A stretch of DNA of 64,000 nucleotides from Spirochaetota bacterium (GCA_050298055.1 JBNKTL010000002.1:96001-160000), one strand, 5' to 3'. Numbered from the stretch's first letter, positions 30,858-41,280 are shown. Notes: a model not told the origin generated them from the sequence alone. Program-made: numbers and translations.

Positions 30858-33800
30858 TTGAATGCAACCCTTCAATAAGAGTTTTCATAGATTCTGCTTC
30901 CGGGAAAATAAGAAGATTGCCGAGAAGCTTATCATCCTGGAGAAAGAAAGCCGTGTCCATAACAACCGCATAGTCGTTTTGAACATTCTGCACAACCAGG
31001 ATGGAATCAATTATGGATTGCATGTAGTCGTGTACAATAAGAGGAACATCCGGTTTTATCATCAGGCCGGTTTTTTCAACCATTGTGTTTATCATAGATG
31101 AACCGATTATATTGGTAATCTCCTGAAGTGCCGATTCACCGTCTTCATTAAGTGTCTTTGTTTCACTGCTGTTCGTCCCATACAGAAGATCAATAAGTTC
31201 GAAGCCAACATCATCTTTCAGAATATAGAGTATGGTACCCTTAACATCACCGTTCATTGGGAGCATTACGCCAATATAAGTACTGTCAATTTCTCCGATG
31301 TACTCGGGGATCTTTTCATTGGGTTTTAATGCAACGAGGGGTATTGAAAGGTCAATTCTCTTATCCACAATTTTTGAGAGAGATTCAGCCGCAACCGTTG
31401 CACCCACATTTGCGACCATCTGCAATTCATTCAGGTCTTCCCTGCTCAGCTGGAGCGAGGCCTCCATATGGTCTCCCGGTTCACCCGTTCCCAGTGTCTG
31501 GCTGATATTATCCTTAAGCTCACTCTTAAAATCATCAAGCGCCTTTTTTACTTCAGGATCCACATCCCCGCTTTTTTCACTTGCAAATGTCTGCCCGACG
31601 CCTGTAAGCTTTTCGCCGGTTTCAGCTTTTATCTTTTCTTCTTCAATTATTTCAACAGGACCGGATTCCTTCATTATCTCATCTTCATCCAGTTCTATTA
31701 TATCAAACTCTTCGTCTCTTTCCTGAGTTACCGTATCAAATTTTTTCTCTGCTTCTTCAACTGCCGGGATGTCCCGGGTAATTTTCTCCTCAAATACTTC
31801 AGTTTTCTCATCAACCAGGTCCGCCAGGGGCTCAGCCTTTACCGCCTGTTCAGTAAGCAGGGAAGATTCACTCACCTCCTCCACAGCAAGCTTTTCGGCA
31901 CGGTCTTCTATTTTACTCATGACTTCCTGTTTCTGGATTGTGCTGATCTTATCCTGCTCTGTTATGACCTTATTGATCATGGTGGCAATGTCGAGGATAA
32001 GGCAGATACTTCCATCACCAAGAATAGAAGCCCCGGCCAGGCCTTCAACAGTCCTGTAGTTCTGCTCAAGGGACTTGATAACAATTTCGAGTTTTCCCTC
32101 AAGAGAATCCACAAGGAGTCCAATCTTCCTGTTTCCGAAACCTACAACAACCACGGGGATCTTTTCACCCTCTTCGAGGGCGCTCTCAAGGCCCACGAAC
32201 CTGTTCAGTCTGAGCAGAGACAGGATCTCCCCCCTGAGGTTAATAACCTCGTGCCCCTCAATAGTTGTCATATCGGATTGGGATATTTTGATTGTCTCTA
32301 TAACATCCGAAAGGGGTATTGCGTAGAGTTCTTCTCTTATCCTGACCATGATCGCGGGTATAATCGCCAGCGTCAGAGGGAAGGTCATCATGAACCGTGT
32401 CCCCATACCCGGCTCAGATTCAATACTTACAGAACCGTTGAGGTCACTGACGATCTGTTTAACAACATTCATCCCCACACCGCGGCCGGATACATCTGTT
32501 ATTTTTTTTGCGGTTGAAAAACCGGGCAGGAAGATAAAATTATATATGTCACCGGTGTCCATATTGGAAAGGAGTTCCGGAGTTGCCAGCCCCTTTTCCA
32601 GGACCTTCCGCCTTATGGTCTCAATATCCATCCCTTTTCCGTCATCACTTACTTCGACGAAAATATGGTTACCTCCCTGGTAGGCATTCAGGGTCACTCT
32701 TGCCTTTTTCGGTTTCCCGAGCTTTTCTCTCTCATCCGCCGGTTCAATACCGTGATCAACCGCGTTCCTGATCAGGTGAAGAAGAGGCTCACCTATTGCA
32801 TCGATAACCTTTTTGTCAAGCTCGGTATCCTCACCCTTTATTATCAACTCTATATCTTTGTTAAATTCCTTTGCAAGATCTCTCACAAGCCTGTTAAACC
32901 TGTTAAAAATCTGTCCAATCTCCACCATCCTTGTTTTCATGATCCCGGTCTGGAGGTCCTTTGCGATCCTGGACATTCCCTCCATCCTGTTCTTGAATTC
33001 GTTGGCAGTAGCTTTATCACTGGTCATTTTTCTGATATCTTCATACAGCCTGTAGAAACCGGAATTTGATATAACCAGCTCACCCACCGTGTTAAGGAGT
33101 TGATCAAGTTTATCAATGGAGACCTTCACTGTCTTTGAAACTGCTGTCTTTTTCCTGTCCTGTTCAAGTTTTTCTTCCAGTTTTGAAGGAACAGCTTCTT
33201 CCTGCCGGTCCTCTTCACTTTCGTCTACAATCTCTTCTTCATATTCCTCTTCAGGCTCTTCAGTTTTCTCCGCTGTTTCCTTAACCGAAGACTTCTCTTC
33301 CGCCTGTCTCAGGAGTGAAAATTTTTTGTCGAAAACGATATTGTCATCTTCATCCTTTACAATAGTCCGGAGATCAACACTCTGGATAAGGTCGATATTG
33401 CATGCTGACTCAATATCATTCCTTGACTTATCCGTTGCAAATATTACCAGGAAGAGATTATTCGTATCATCATCGCTCAAATCTTCCGTTGACGGGATGG
33501 TTTTTATAATCTGTCCGAATCTCCCAAGGTTGCTGAGAATCAGCTGGGCCTTTACCCACTTCATCTGTGCACTTTTATCAATAACTATTTTAATCTCGTA
33601 GGCTGCCTGTCCCTGTTCAAGGAGTTCAACTATCTCGTATCTTTCATTGTCATCAAGCAGGGACTCAACATTCTCCATTACACTGCCGCCGGCCGGGGAC
33701 TTTACCACGCTCCCAAAATCCTGGGGTGCGGCAGAACTCACGGCCTGGATCTCGTTTATTATCCATGTGAGGTCCTGTGTGGGTTTTTCTCCCGAAGCAA

Positions 33801-34113
33801 TTGAATCAATAACAGAGTTAATCTCATCGAAGCATTTAAAGATAACATCAACTATCTCCGGTGTTATCATGAGGGTTTTGTCTCTGATTCCCTGGAGAAG
33901 GTTCTCCATTTTGTGTGCGAGATTGCTGAGATCATTAAGGCCCACAAAAGCAGCCGAGCTTTTCAGTGAATGGGCGGCCCTGAATATATCATTTATTATA
34001 TCAATATTGTCTGGATTTTTCTCCAGTTCAAGGAGGTTCTGATTCAGTTCCTGAAGCTGTTCATCAGCTTCTTCAAGGAAGATGTCCTGGTACTCTCCAA
34101 GGGTAAATGACAT
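30847..34113 (-). CDS. cheA: Chemotaxis kinase CheA with a C-terminal CheC-like domain
   Basis: HPt FRAAHSLKS, P2, HLIRNAVDHG, SGRGVGM, CheW domain, acidic linker, then a CheC-like region (SALQEITNI). Confidence 0.96.
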   Translation of the reverse strand: MSFTLGEYQDIFLEEADEQLQELNQNLLELEKNPDNIDIINDIFRAAHSLKSSAAFVGLNDLSNLAHKMENLLQGIRDKTLMITPEIVDVIFKCFDEINSVIDSIASGEKPTQDLTWIINEIQAVSSAAPQDFGSVVKSPAGGSVMENVESLLDDNERYEIVELLEQGQAAYEIKIVIDKSAQMKWVKAQLILSNLGRFGQIIKTIPSTEDLSDDDTNNLFLVIFATDKSRNDIESACNIDLIQSVDLRTIVKDEDDNIVFDKKFSLLRQAEEKSSVKETAEKTEEPEEEYEEEIVDESEEDRQEEAVPSKLEEKLEQDRKKTAVSKTVKVSIDKLDQLLNTVGELVISNSGFYRLYEDIRKMTSDKATANEFKNRMEGMSRIAKDLQTGIMKTRMVEIGQIFNRFNRLVRDLAKEFNKDIELIIKGEDTELDKKVIDAIGEPLLHLIRNAVDHGIEPADEREKLGKPKKARVTLNAYQGGNHIFVEVSDDGKGMDIETIRRKVLEKGLATPELLSNMDTGDIYNFIFLPGFSTAKKITDVSGRGVGMNVVKQIVSDLNGSVSIESEPGMGTRFMMTFPLTLAIIPAIMVRIREELYAIPLSDVIETIKISQSDMTTIEGHEVINLRGEILSLLRLNRFVGLESALEEGEKIPVVVVGFGNRKIGLLVDSLEGKLEIVIKSLEQNYRTVEGLAGASILGDGSICLILDIATMINKVITEQDKISTIQKQEVMSKIEDRAEKLAVEEVSESSLLTEQAVKAEPLADLVDEKTEVFEEKITRDIPAVEEAEKKFDTVTQERDEEFDIIELDEDEIMKESGPVEIIEEEKIKAETGEKLTGVGQTFASEKSGDVDPEVKKALDDFKSELKDNISQTLGTGEPGDHMEASLQLSREDLNELQMVANVGATVAAESLSKIVDKRIDLSIPLVALKPNEKIPEYIGEIDSTYIGVMLPMNGDVKGTILYILKDDVGFELIDLLYGTNSSETKTLNEDGESALQEITNIIGSSMINTMVEKTGLMIKPDVPLIVHDYMQSIIDSILVVQNVQNDYAVVMDTAFFLQDDKLLGNLLIFPEAESMKTLIEGLHSNVG

Positions 34114-34154
34114 GCTGTTACTCCAGTAAATTAACTCTGAGGGAAAATGAACTG

Positions 34155-34715
34155 TCAGACCTGTACCGAGTTCATCTCGTCAATTTCCTCTTCTGTAAAA
34201 ATGATATTATCCATATTCAGAATAACTATCAACCTGTCTTTGAGTCTTCCAATCCCCGATATAAAATACTCGGATACTCCCTCAATAAGGTCGGAGGGTT
34301 CATCAATATTCCCTTCAGGGATCCTGACCACCTGATAAACATTGTCCACAAGAAGCCCGACTTTTCTCTCACCGGTCTGTATAACGATTATGCGTGTAAG
34401 GTCTGTAATCCCCACAACAGGAAATCCGAACCTTTTCCTTGCATCAACAACAGGTATGACATTACCCCTGAGATTTATCACGCCTTTTATAAATTCCGGT
34501 GTGTTAGGAAGCCGTGTTATGGCAGGGATCCTGAGGATTTCATGAACCATGAGGATGTCAACTCCATACTCAACATCATCAATAGTAAAACTGACAAGCT
34601 GTGAAACATTCCCCTCGGCATAATGCTCTTCACCCTCTGCTTCCGCAAGCTTTAGTTTCTCATTGAGTTCATCCTGCTTCTTGATCAGTTCATCAACACT
34701 CATATCATGCTTCAT
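34155..34715 (-). CDS. cheW: Chemotaxis adaptor CheW
   Basis: QLVSF...YGVDI..V.EI, GVINLRGNVIPVVD, GLLVD. Confidence 0.97.
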   Translation of the reverse strand: MKHDMSVDELIKKQDELNEKLKLAEAEGEEHYAEGNVSQLVSFTIDDVEYGVDILMVHEILRIPAITRLPNTPEFIKGVINLRGNVIPVVDARKRFGFPVVGITDLTRIIVIQTGERKVGLLVDNVYQVVRIPEGNIDEPSDLIEGVSEYFISGIGRLKDRLIVILNMDNIIFTEEEIDEMNSVQV

Positions 34716-35062
34716 TGTTTATTTAACCTGAAAAAACTTTTCATATTGAAAACGACTTCATTATAAAGTCAGAAATATTCATACGGTACGACTTATATTT
34801 TAAATGCTTCCGATATCCGTTTTATTATTTCATTAATGCGATTATCCATAAACATATCCGAGTTACTAATAATATTAAAATTTGAGCTTATAGTTCAAGC
34901 AATTTTTTTTTTCAGTGGTAATTTCTCACTCTTCTTCGTTTTATATAATATCGGAAGATTTATTGAGGAAATCAATGGTAATATTTAATAATATGACGAG
35001 AGATTCTCCATCTCAATACATTTTCTATCTGCATTAATCAGCGATTTCATAAATTATGCTTA

Positions 35063-35509
35063 TCAGTACTTCAACGGCAGCCCTGCCCTTTTCCACGATT
35101 CGATACCGCCGCTCAGGTTATATATCTCCCTGTATCCGCTCCTTGCAAGAACCTGTCCTGCAGCATAGCTCCTTCCTCCAACTGCACAGACCAGAACAAT
35201 TGCCTTGTCTTTCGGGAGGTTATGCTGCCCTCTCATCACAGACCAGAAGGACATGAGGTTTGATCCCTCAATCCTTCCATATTGCAACTCCCCCGGAGTT
35301 CTGACATCAATGATGAGTATATCGCTTCTGGAATCAATCAGTCTTTTTGCCATGTGAGGCGGGATGGATCTGAATGAGCCCTGGCCCGGACCAGATAATC
35401 CTGCAGAATTCTGATTTGAGGACTGATTATAATTATACTGGTCCTCAGTCTCGCTGCATCCAAAGAGCAGAAAAAGAAATGCCGTAAAGAGAAACACTAT
35501 TCTTTTCAT
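35063..35509 (-). CDS. Rhodanese-domain lipoprotein
   Basis: Lipobox LFGC; IDVRTPGE, active loop CAVGGRS, LSGGIESW. Confidence 0.9.
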   Translation of the reverse strand: MKRIVFLFTAFLFLLFGCSETEDQYNYNQSSNQNSAGLSGPGQGSFRSIPPHMAKRLIDSRSDILIIDVRTPGELQYGRIEGSNLMSFWSVMRGQHNLPKDKAIVLVCAVGGRSYAAGQVLARSGYREIYNLSGGIESWKRAGLPLKY

Positions 35510-35640
35510 TAAATAATCCCCGTGCACATTGCCCCTTATAAGGACAATGTTCTCTGTTTAAAAAATATTGTGAAGTATGGTTAACTGGAGGATTCTTTGT
35601 TACATCCATCGAGGTTTAACCTTTTTTTACTGACGAATTG

Positions 35641-37659
35641 TTATTTCTTTAATTCAGTCAAGCCTTTTTTATCAGTAACAAAAAGGACTTTTTCGCCGGA
35701 TGCGGCAAGATTCCCGGATATAACGGAGGGTGTGACAACCGACCATTTTACGTCACCGGTTTCCTTGTTAACAACATAGAAGGCTTTGTCCACAGCCAGA
35801 TAGATATGTTCCCTGTCCGATATGGCGTTTCGCTCAATCCTGTTGCCGATACTTGACTTCCATATGGATCTTCCGGTGCCGTCAATCTTATAAATAATCC
35901 CTCCTGTTGTAAAGATGTAGATATCCTTTCCTTCTATAAGCATTTCCGAAAGTACATCAGACCCAAAATTTCTACTCCAGAGGAATTCATCAACGAGATA
36001 GTTATAACAGATCAGATTACCCATATCTGAAATAATAAAAAGATTGGATTTATGGATAACCATGGATACAATTCTCGATTCAAACTTTTTCCTGATTATT
36101 TTGATACCCCTGTTCCTGTCAATACCGTACAACCTGCCACCTTTAAGAGAAATCAAAACCATATGCCTGCCCAGAACCGGCGTGGTTTCAAGTGCATCTT
36201 CAAAACCGAGTTCCCATAACTCTTCCCCGTTCTTTGTGTACCGGTAAAGGACCCCACTCGTCGTTGCAACGTAGAGGCTCTCCCTGTCTGTAATTACCCT
36301 TACATTCTTCTGTAAATATCCCTTTATTTTCCTGGACCAGAGAAGTTTGCCATTCATCAGGTCAACGGCCCCCAGGATGTTTCCGGTTGTGGAGAAAAAA
36401 AGCCTTTTCCCGTCTACCACAGGTCTTGATTCAATTTCACCGGGAAGTGACAGGGACCATTTAACCTGTTTGAGGTCAATTGCTTCAATGTCGCCATTCC
36501 CGTTAACACTTAAAAAGACACCGGTTGCCGGAACATAAAGGAGATAAAGGGCCCTGTTTTTCTTTTTCCATCCCACAAAACCGGATGTTCCCGTCCTTTT
36601 TTTGACGGACTTCTCCTTTTTTGCCTGCAGTTCTGCCAGAGAATTACTGATCTCTTCTGATTTTGCCTCTCCCTCATGTTTTTTAATGAATGAAAGCATG
36701 TTCCCTGATGTTTTAAATTCTTCCGGTTTTTTTTCCCTGACTGTTGGTGCCGGAATCAGGGACAGTTCTTTCCTGAGAGCTTCCGGAAGCACTGTATCAA
36801 ATTTTTTGTTATAGTGTTTTACATTGCAGCTGCTCCCCCTGTTAACAACAACAGCATTCTCCTCCAGGGCTTTTTCCAGCTCCCTCCTGGCTCCTGCATC
36901 CAGTTTATTGGAAAAAAGAGGAAGATTGTTCTTCACTTTTACTTTCCCTTCATAGACCTCGATAAGCGAATCCCTGTTTGTGTCAACCTTCACACCAAAA
37001 AGGGTGCCTTTAACCTCGACAACAGATGACGGGGAGTTAATACTTATTGTGTCTCCCCTGCGCAGTTTTTTCACATTGAGCAGCAACTCCCCTTTCACAA
37101 GATCCAGGATGAATTTTTTCCTGCCGCCGGAACTGCTTATCTTCCCGAGGTGAAGCCTGCTTTTCTCCGCAAGCCTGAACCTTACGTCACTGCCAAGGGA
37201 GATATCGGAATAAGACGTCTTTCCCGTTAAAAGGAAGTCTCCCTCTCTCAGCCTGCTTTTACTGTCCAGCGCCCCCCTTTCTGCCCCTCTCTCAAAACTG
37301 ACATTGCCGGAGAAACCCTCCGCAGTTGCAAAGAATCCCCTTTTACTTTCCCCTGCTTTCTCTGTTTTGAAAACGTCCAGCGCAAAAAGAGTCATAACGA
37401 TAACCAGCGCGGCCAGAGCCGGAGCAATAAGATATCGCAATTTCCCTGAAAAACCGTGATCCGGGGATTTGAGCAGAACTTCCTCTTTCCGTTTTCTCTT
37501 TATTTCAGAAAGATGGTATATAGAGGGAAAGAGCTCATGTGCGCAATTCAACTCTGCAGCAAAGAAACAATTCATCAGTTTCCTCCTGTTCAGATTTGCG
37601 AAGCTCTTCTTATCCGCAAGCTCTTCAATTATCTCTTTTATTTCTTCTTCTATCATCAT
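35641..37659 (-). CDS. FecR-domain anti-sigma/sensor with a C-terminal PQQ/BamB-like beta-propeller
   Basis: One TM; FecR-like LVKGEL...VEVKGTLF...VYEGKVKV; repeated G..lW propeller motifs; start overlaps the ECF stop. Confidence 0.8.
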   Translation of the reverse strand: MMIEEEIKEIIEELADKKSFANLNRRKLMNCFFAAELNCAHELFPSIYHLSEIKRKRKEEVLLKSPDHGFSGKLRYLIAPALAALVIVMTLFALDVFKTEKAGESKRGFFATAEGFSGNVSFERGAERGALDSKSRLREGDFLLTGKTSYSDISLGSDVRFRLAEKSRLHLGKISSSGGRKKFILDLVKGELLLNVKKLRRGDTISINSPSSVVEVKGTLFGVKVDTNRDSLIEVYEGKVKVKNNLPLFSNKLDAGARRELEKALEENAVVVNRGSSCNVKHYNKKFDTVLPEALRKELSLIPAPTVREKKPEEFKTSGNMLSFIKKHEGEAKSEEISNSLAELQAKKEKSVKKRTGTSGFVGWKKKNRALYLLYVPATGVFLSVNGNGDIEAIDLKQVKWSLSLPGEIESRPVVDGKRLFFSTTGNILGAVDLMNGKLLWSRKIKGYLQKNVRVITDRESLYVATTSGVLYRYTKNGEELWELGFEDALETTPVLGRHMVLISLKGGRLYGIDRNRGIKIIRKKFESRIVSMVIHKSNLFIISDMGNLICYNYLVDEFLWSRNFGSDVLSEMLIEGKDIYIFTTGGIIYKIDGTGRSIWKSSIGNRIERNAISDREHIYLAVDKAFYVVNKETGDVKWSVVTPSVISGNLAASGEKVLFVTDKKGLTELKK

Positions 37660-38228
37660 TATACTAAACCCTGCGATTTCAGGTGCTGGGAGATAAGTTC
37701 AATGGCTTTTTTCATTCTCCATTTTGCCGTTCTCTCCGAGCAGTCAAGTACATCTGCAATCTCCATATATTTCATCTTGTGGTCAAAGCGGAGAATAAAG
37801 ACATCCCTGAATTTATCCTTGAGGTTCTGCACAGCATTATTAAAGCCCTCTATATCGATATTTCTGACAATCTCTTCTTCAGGCGTATTGTTACTGAAGG
37901 GCTTCTCTTTCATCCTGAATTTCTCCTTTTCAACCAGGACTTCATTCTTCTTTTTCTTCTTGATATAATTCTTACTGCAATTTACCGCTATCTGGTATAT
38001 CCAGGATGAAAAATTCATTTTAACATTGAATTTTTCAATATGATTTATGACTCTTATGAAAACATCATGAAATACATCATCTGCAATCTGAGAGTCACCG
38101 AGATAGTAATAAATCAGCCTTTTGAGTTTTGGACTGTACCTGTTATACAGCTCATCAAAAGCCCTCTCGTTGCCGTTCTTGAAGAGCTTTACAAGCTCTT
38201 CATCTCCGGTTTCTTTCAGGTTATCCAT
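37659..38228 (-). CDS. ECF sigma-70 factor
   Basis: Region 2 AFDELYNRY...DVF...FSSWIYQIAVN; region 4 YMEIADVLDCSERTAKWR. Confidence 0.95.
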   Translation of the reverse strand: MDNLKETGDEELVKLFKNGNERAFDELYNRYSPKLKRLIYYYLGDSQIADDVFHDVFIRVINHIEKFNVKMNFSSWIYQIAVNCSKNYIKKKKKNEVLVEKEKFRMKEKPFSNNTPEEEIVRNIDIEGFNNAVQNLKDKFRDVFILRFDHKMKYMEIADVLDCSERTAKWRMKKAIELISQHLKSQGLV

Positions 38229-38442
38229 TACTATAATACTTACTTACCTGTTAAGGGTTTAGTGCAATTTATCATATGTATATATAAAAAAAACCAGAGA
38301 AAAACCGGGTTTTTTTTACTATTCAAAATGATATTCCTGTCTGTGAAGAGTGTGAAGAATTCTGGGGTAATAATGATTTAATGACAATCACCTTGCAGGA
38401 TAGTCCTCTCTTCATATTATTCATAGCCTGATAAAGCATATC

Positions 38443-38751
38443 TCAGGCCATTTTTTGAATAACATCCCCGATCAAACCGTCATCAAGCATGGAGACAAGC
38501 ATTCGCGCCTTCTCTTCAACAGCTTCTTCACTGCCTGCTTTGATCTTTTTAAGTTGAAAATACTCATCTGCAATATTCAGGGCCGCAAGTATTGCAATCT
38601 GTTGGGGATTGGTGTTGGGGATTCCCGAACTTATGTCGATCATCTTATCATTGATGTAGTCAGCAAGCCGGCTTATGTACTCCTGAGAAGCATCTCCATT
38701 GATTGTGTAGGTCTGGCCGAATATTTCGACTTTAACACTGTTTGTTTCCAC
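38443..38751 (-). CDS. zapA: Cell division protein ZapA
   Basis: VKVEIFGQTYTI...LADYINDKM...AILAALNIADE. Confidence 0.93.
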   Translation of the reverse strand: METNSVKVEIFGQTYTINGDASQEYISRLADYINDKMIDISSGIPNTNPQQIAILAALNIADEYFQLKKIKAGSEEAVEEKARMLVSMLDDGLIGDVIQKMA

Positions 38752-38777
38752 GATGAAGCCTCCGAAAATAGAAAGAT

Positions 38778-39482
38778 TTATTTATCATCCTCTTCTACAA
38801 TCAGGAATTCATCATCATCGTCCAGGTCAATATCATCAGTCTTTTTCGCATCTGTTGAAGCCTCTGTGTCATCGACAATAACCGTATCATCGTCAACATC
38901 ATCAATAACAATATCATCATCATCGTCATCAAGAAGAATAATATCATCTTCTTCATCTTCCACAGCGTCACTCACAGTATCAACTGCTACTGATCCGTTA
39001 TCCATGTCAGAATCATCATCGATAATAATAATATCCTCATCGTCCTCATCAAGATCCATTGCATCTGAAGTATCAACTGATTCAACATTGATCTCATCTT
39101 CCTGAATCCCCGCAGACGGTTTCTCCGACATTGCAGCTGATGGCGTTCCGCTAACCCGTGATGGCTCATATGTATCTCCCGCAGGGACTTTTCCGGACTG
39201 AATAACATCCAGTTTCCCAAGGAGGCTTATGACCTTCTTCTCAAGGACTTCTTCCTTCTCTCTGATCTCCAAGAGCTCTTTCTGTGCATCATCAAGTTCA
39301 CTTTTTATTCTCTGGATCTCCTGCTCCTTCTCTTCCAGAGATAACTTAACTTCCTCGACTTCACCTCTCAGGGCTTCATTCTCGCTCTCATATTTTGCAT
39401 TTTCTGTCCTTAAGTCTCCTATCAGCTGCAGGGCTTTAACAACACGGTTTTCCAGCTCTTCTAGCTGCTGCATTGAAATCAT
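38778..39482 (-). CDS. ZapB-like coiled-coil protein with a long acidic tail
   Basis: LEELENRVVKALQLIGDLRTEN coiled coil directly upstream of zapA; Asp-rich C-terminal half. Confidence 0.75.
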   Translation of the reverse strand: MISMQQLEELENRVVKALQLIGDLRTENAKYESENEALRGEVEEVKLSLEEKEQEIQRIKSELDDAQKELLEIREKEEVLEKKVISLLGKLDVIQSGKVPAGDTYEPSRVSGTPSAAMSEKPSAGIQEDEINVESVDTSDAMDLDEDDEDIIIIDDDSDMDNGSVAVDTVSDAVEDEEDDIILLDDDDDDIVIDDVDDDTVIVDDTEASTDAKKTDDIDLDDDDEFLIVEEDDK

Positions 39483-39747
39483 CTTTGAACCTCCAAGAAT
39501 CCTATTAGATAAATAACCTGTATTTCCTGATTGCTTTTTACTATTTTCGGCCGATAGTCGAAAAGCAATTAATCCTAAATTCAGTTTATAAAAATTATTT
39601 TGATGTTTTTCTTTGAATAAATATATGTTACTACTTCATTATACTCATTCACGCATTTTTATTGCCTGAAAAAAGTAAACATCCTTATAGTTGATACAGT
39701 TAATCAAATATAATACTTTAAGTCAAGTATATAATCTCAATATATAC

Positions 39748-40635
39748 TTAGAAGAGAATACCCGCATCGATTCCTGTTATATAACAGGTTTTCTCAGGAT
39801 TGTAAGCACCATACAGACCGGCAAAGCTGCTTCCTGTAAAAAAATACCGCAAACCTGCCGCAAGGTAAAAGCTCCCTCCCCCGCAGGGGATATGTTCCGG
39901 AAGGTTCCCGTTAAATCCATAATAATAATGCAGAGAAATAAAGGGAATCAGTGGATAAAGTCTATCTGAGTTTATACCGACAGATGTACGAATATAATCA
40001 TTCTTCAGTTTTTCTTTATAAAAAAATGCATCCTTCTCGGCATAGTTGAAACCAAGGGCTTTTTTATATGATGATTTATCTGATATATTAAGACCAAACC
40101 CGTCATAAAAACCTTCCCCTTCCCCCTGGCTGAAAATATAGAAGAGGTTCAGGTGAATATAAAGGGATGAGCAGAGATCTATCTGAAATACAGGCCCAAG
40201 TGTCAGCTCATTGTTGCCGAAGCTGACTCCTCTCCATTCGGGGACAGAGTAGGAATCCTTACCTGTAGGCATCCTGAAATCCATAAAAAAAACAGCGTGC
40301 ATCTTTTCCCGAAAATAATCACCTGCCGGGAATTTCAGCGTTAAGCGGGAATCTCCGATCTCACTTCTCCCACTGTGGAAATCCCCTCTGTGCAGGTACG
40401 ATGAAGAAAACCAGAGGGATATCCCCTGCAGCACTGCAAATCCCATACGAAATCCATCTATCCTGCAGGTTTCATCCAGGGAGTGGTACTCCTCTTTCAG
40501 GGAAAAATCAAATTCGTTTTCAGGTATTGTATAAATTGTTTCCAGATAGGGAAATGCCCGGGCATTTGATGCGGAAAAAATCCAAAAAAGCGCCATAATA
40601 ATGACGCTTTTCATCGATGATCCGGTCCTTCTCAT
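39748..40635 (-). CDS. Putative outer-membrane beta-barrel protein
   Basis: Signal peptide ending ARA; GDSRLTLKF...FRMPTG; C-terminal GIDAGILF. Confidence 0.65.
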   Translation of the reverse strand: MRRTGSSMKSVIIMALFWIFSASNARAFPYLETIYTIPENEFDFSLKEEYHSLDETCRIDGFRMGFAVLQGISLWFSSSYLHRGDFHSGRSEIGDSRLTLKFPAGDYFREKMHAVFFMDFRMPTGKDSYSVPEWRGVSFGNNELTLGPVFQIDLCSSLYIHLNLFYIFSQGEGEGFYDGFGLNISDKSSYKKALGFNYAEKDAFFYKEKLKNDYIRTSVGINSDRLYPLIPFISLHYYYGFNGNLPEHIPCGGGSFYLAAGLRYFFTGSSFAGLYGAYNPEKTCYITGIDAGILF

Positions 40636-40653
40636 TACCTGGATTATTATTGA

Positions 40654-41007
40654 TCAGGCACTCTCTTTGACTTTATCTACAATTTTGCTGAAGGCATTAA
40701 GGTCCCTCACTGCAAGTTCTGCAAGCATTTTCCTGTTGATCTCAATATTTGACTTGCCAAGACCTGAAATCAGCCTGCTGTAGGATATATCACACAGCCT
40801 TGCCGCTGCATTGATCCTGGTGATCCAGAGTGATCTGAAATCTCTCTTCTTCCTCTTTCTGTCTTTATAGGAGTTTTCAAGGGCCCTTCTTCTGGCATCC
40901 TTGGCTGTTCTGAACAGCTTGCTCCTTGCACCAATATATCCTTTGGCATCCTTTAATATCTTCTTGCTTCTTTTGTGATGCACCCTTCCGGTTGTTGCTC
41001 TCGCCAT
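40654..41007 (-). CDS. rplT: 50S ribosomal protein L20
   Basis: AKGYIGARS...RDFRSLWITRINAAAR...NRKMLAELA. Confidence 0.99.
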   Translation of the reverse strand: MARATTGRVHHKRSKKILKDAKGYIGARSKLFRTAKDARRRALENSYKDRKRKKRDFRSLWITRINAAARLCDISYSRLISGLGKSNIEINRKMLAELAVRDLNAFSKIVDKVKESA

Positions 41008-41082
41008 TTTATATCCTCTCGATTATATCTCAGTAATTGTTCTTCGATTACTCTAAATTTCTGTTATCATGTCCAGAAAGAA

Positions 41083-41280
41083 TCACGCATAAGGCATCAT
41101 TCTTTTGACCTTCTTCTTTTCGGCTTCACTGGTTACTTCTATGCCCCTGAGGTTTCTCTTCCTCTTTGGTGATTTTTTTTCCAAAAGGTGGCTTTTAAAA
41201 CCGTTAGCCTTTATGACTTTTCCGTTTTTTGTGATCTTGAACCTCTTCTTGGCTCCACTGTTTGTTTTCATCTTTGGCAT
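41083..41280 (-). CDS. rpmI: 50S ribosomal protein L35
   Basis: [17 protein letters not shown]...HLLEKK. Confidence 0.99.
   Translation of the reverse strand: MPKMKTNSGAKKRFKITKNGKVIKANGFKSHLLEKKSPKRKRNLRGIEVTSEAEKKKVKRMMPYA

Noticed and set aside
31468..32517. Long antisense ORFs (349 aa opposite cheA; also 20893-21714, 42961-43539, 47229-47816)
   Set aside because: Shadow frames of well-supported genes on the other strand, with no protein-like motifs.
38229..38442. 6S RNA (ssrS), often found downstream of zapA
   Set aside because: AT-rich, with no long rod-like pairing or central bubble visible by eye; more likely the ECF promoter region. A cmsearch would settle it.
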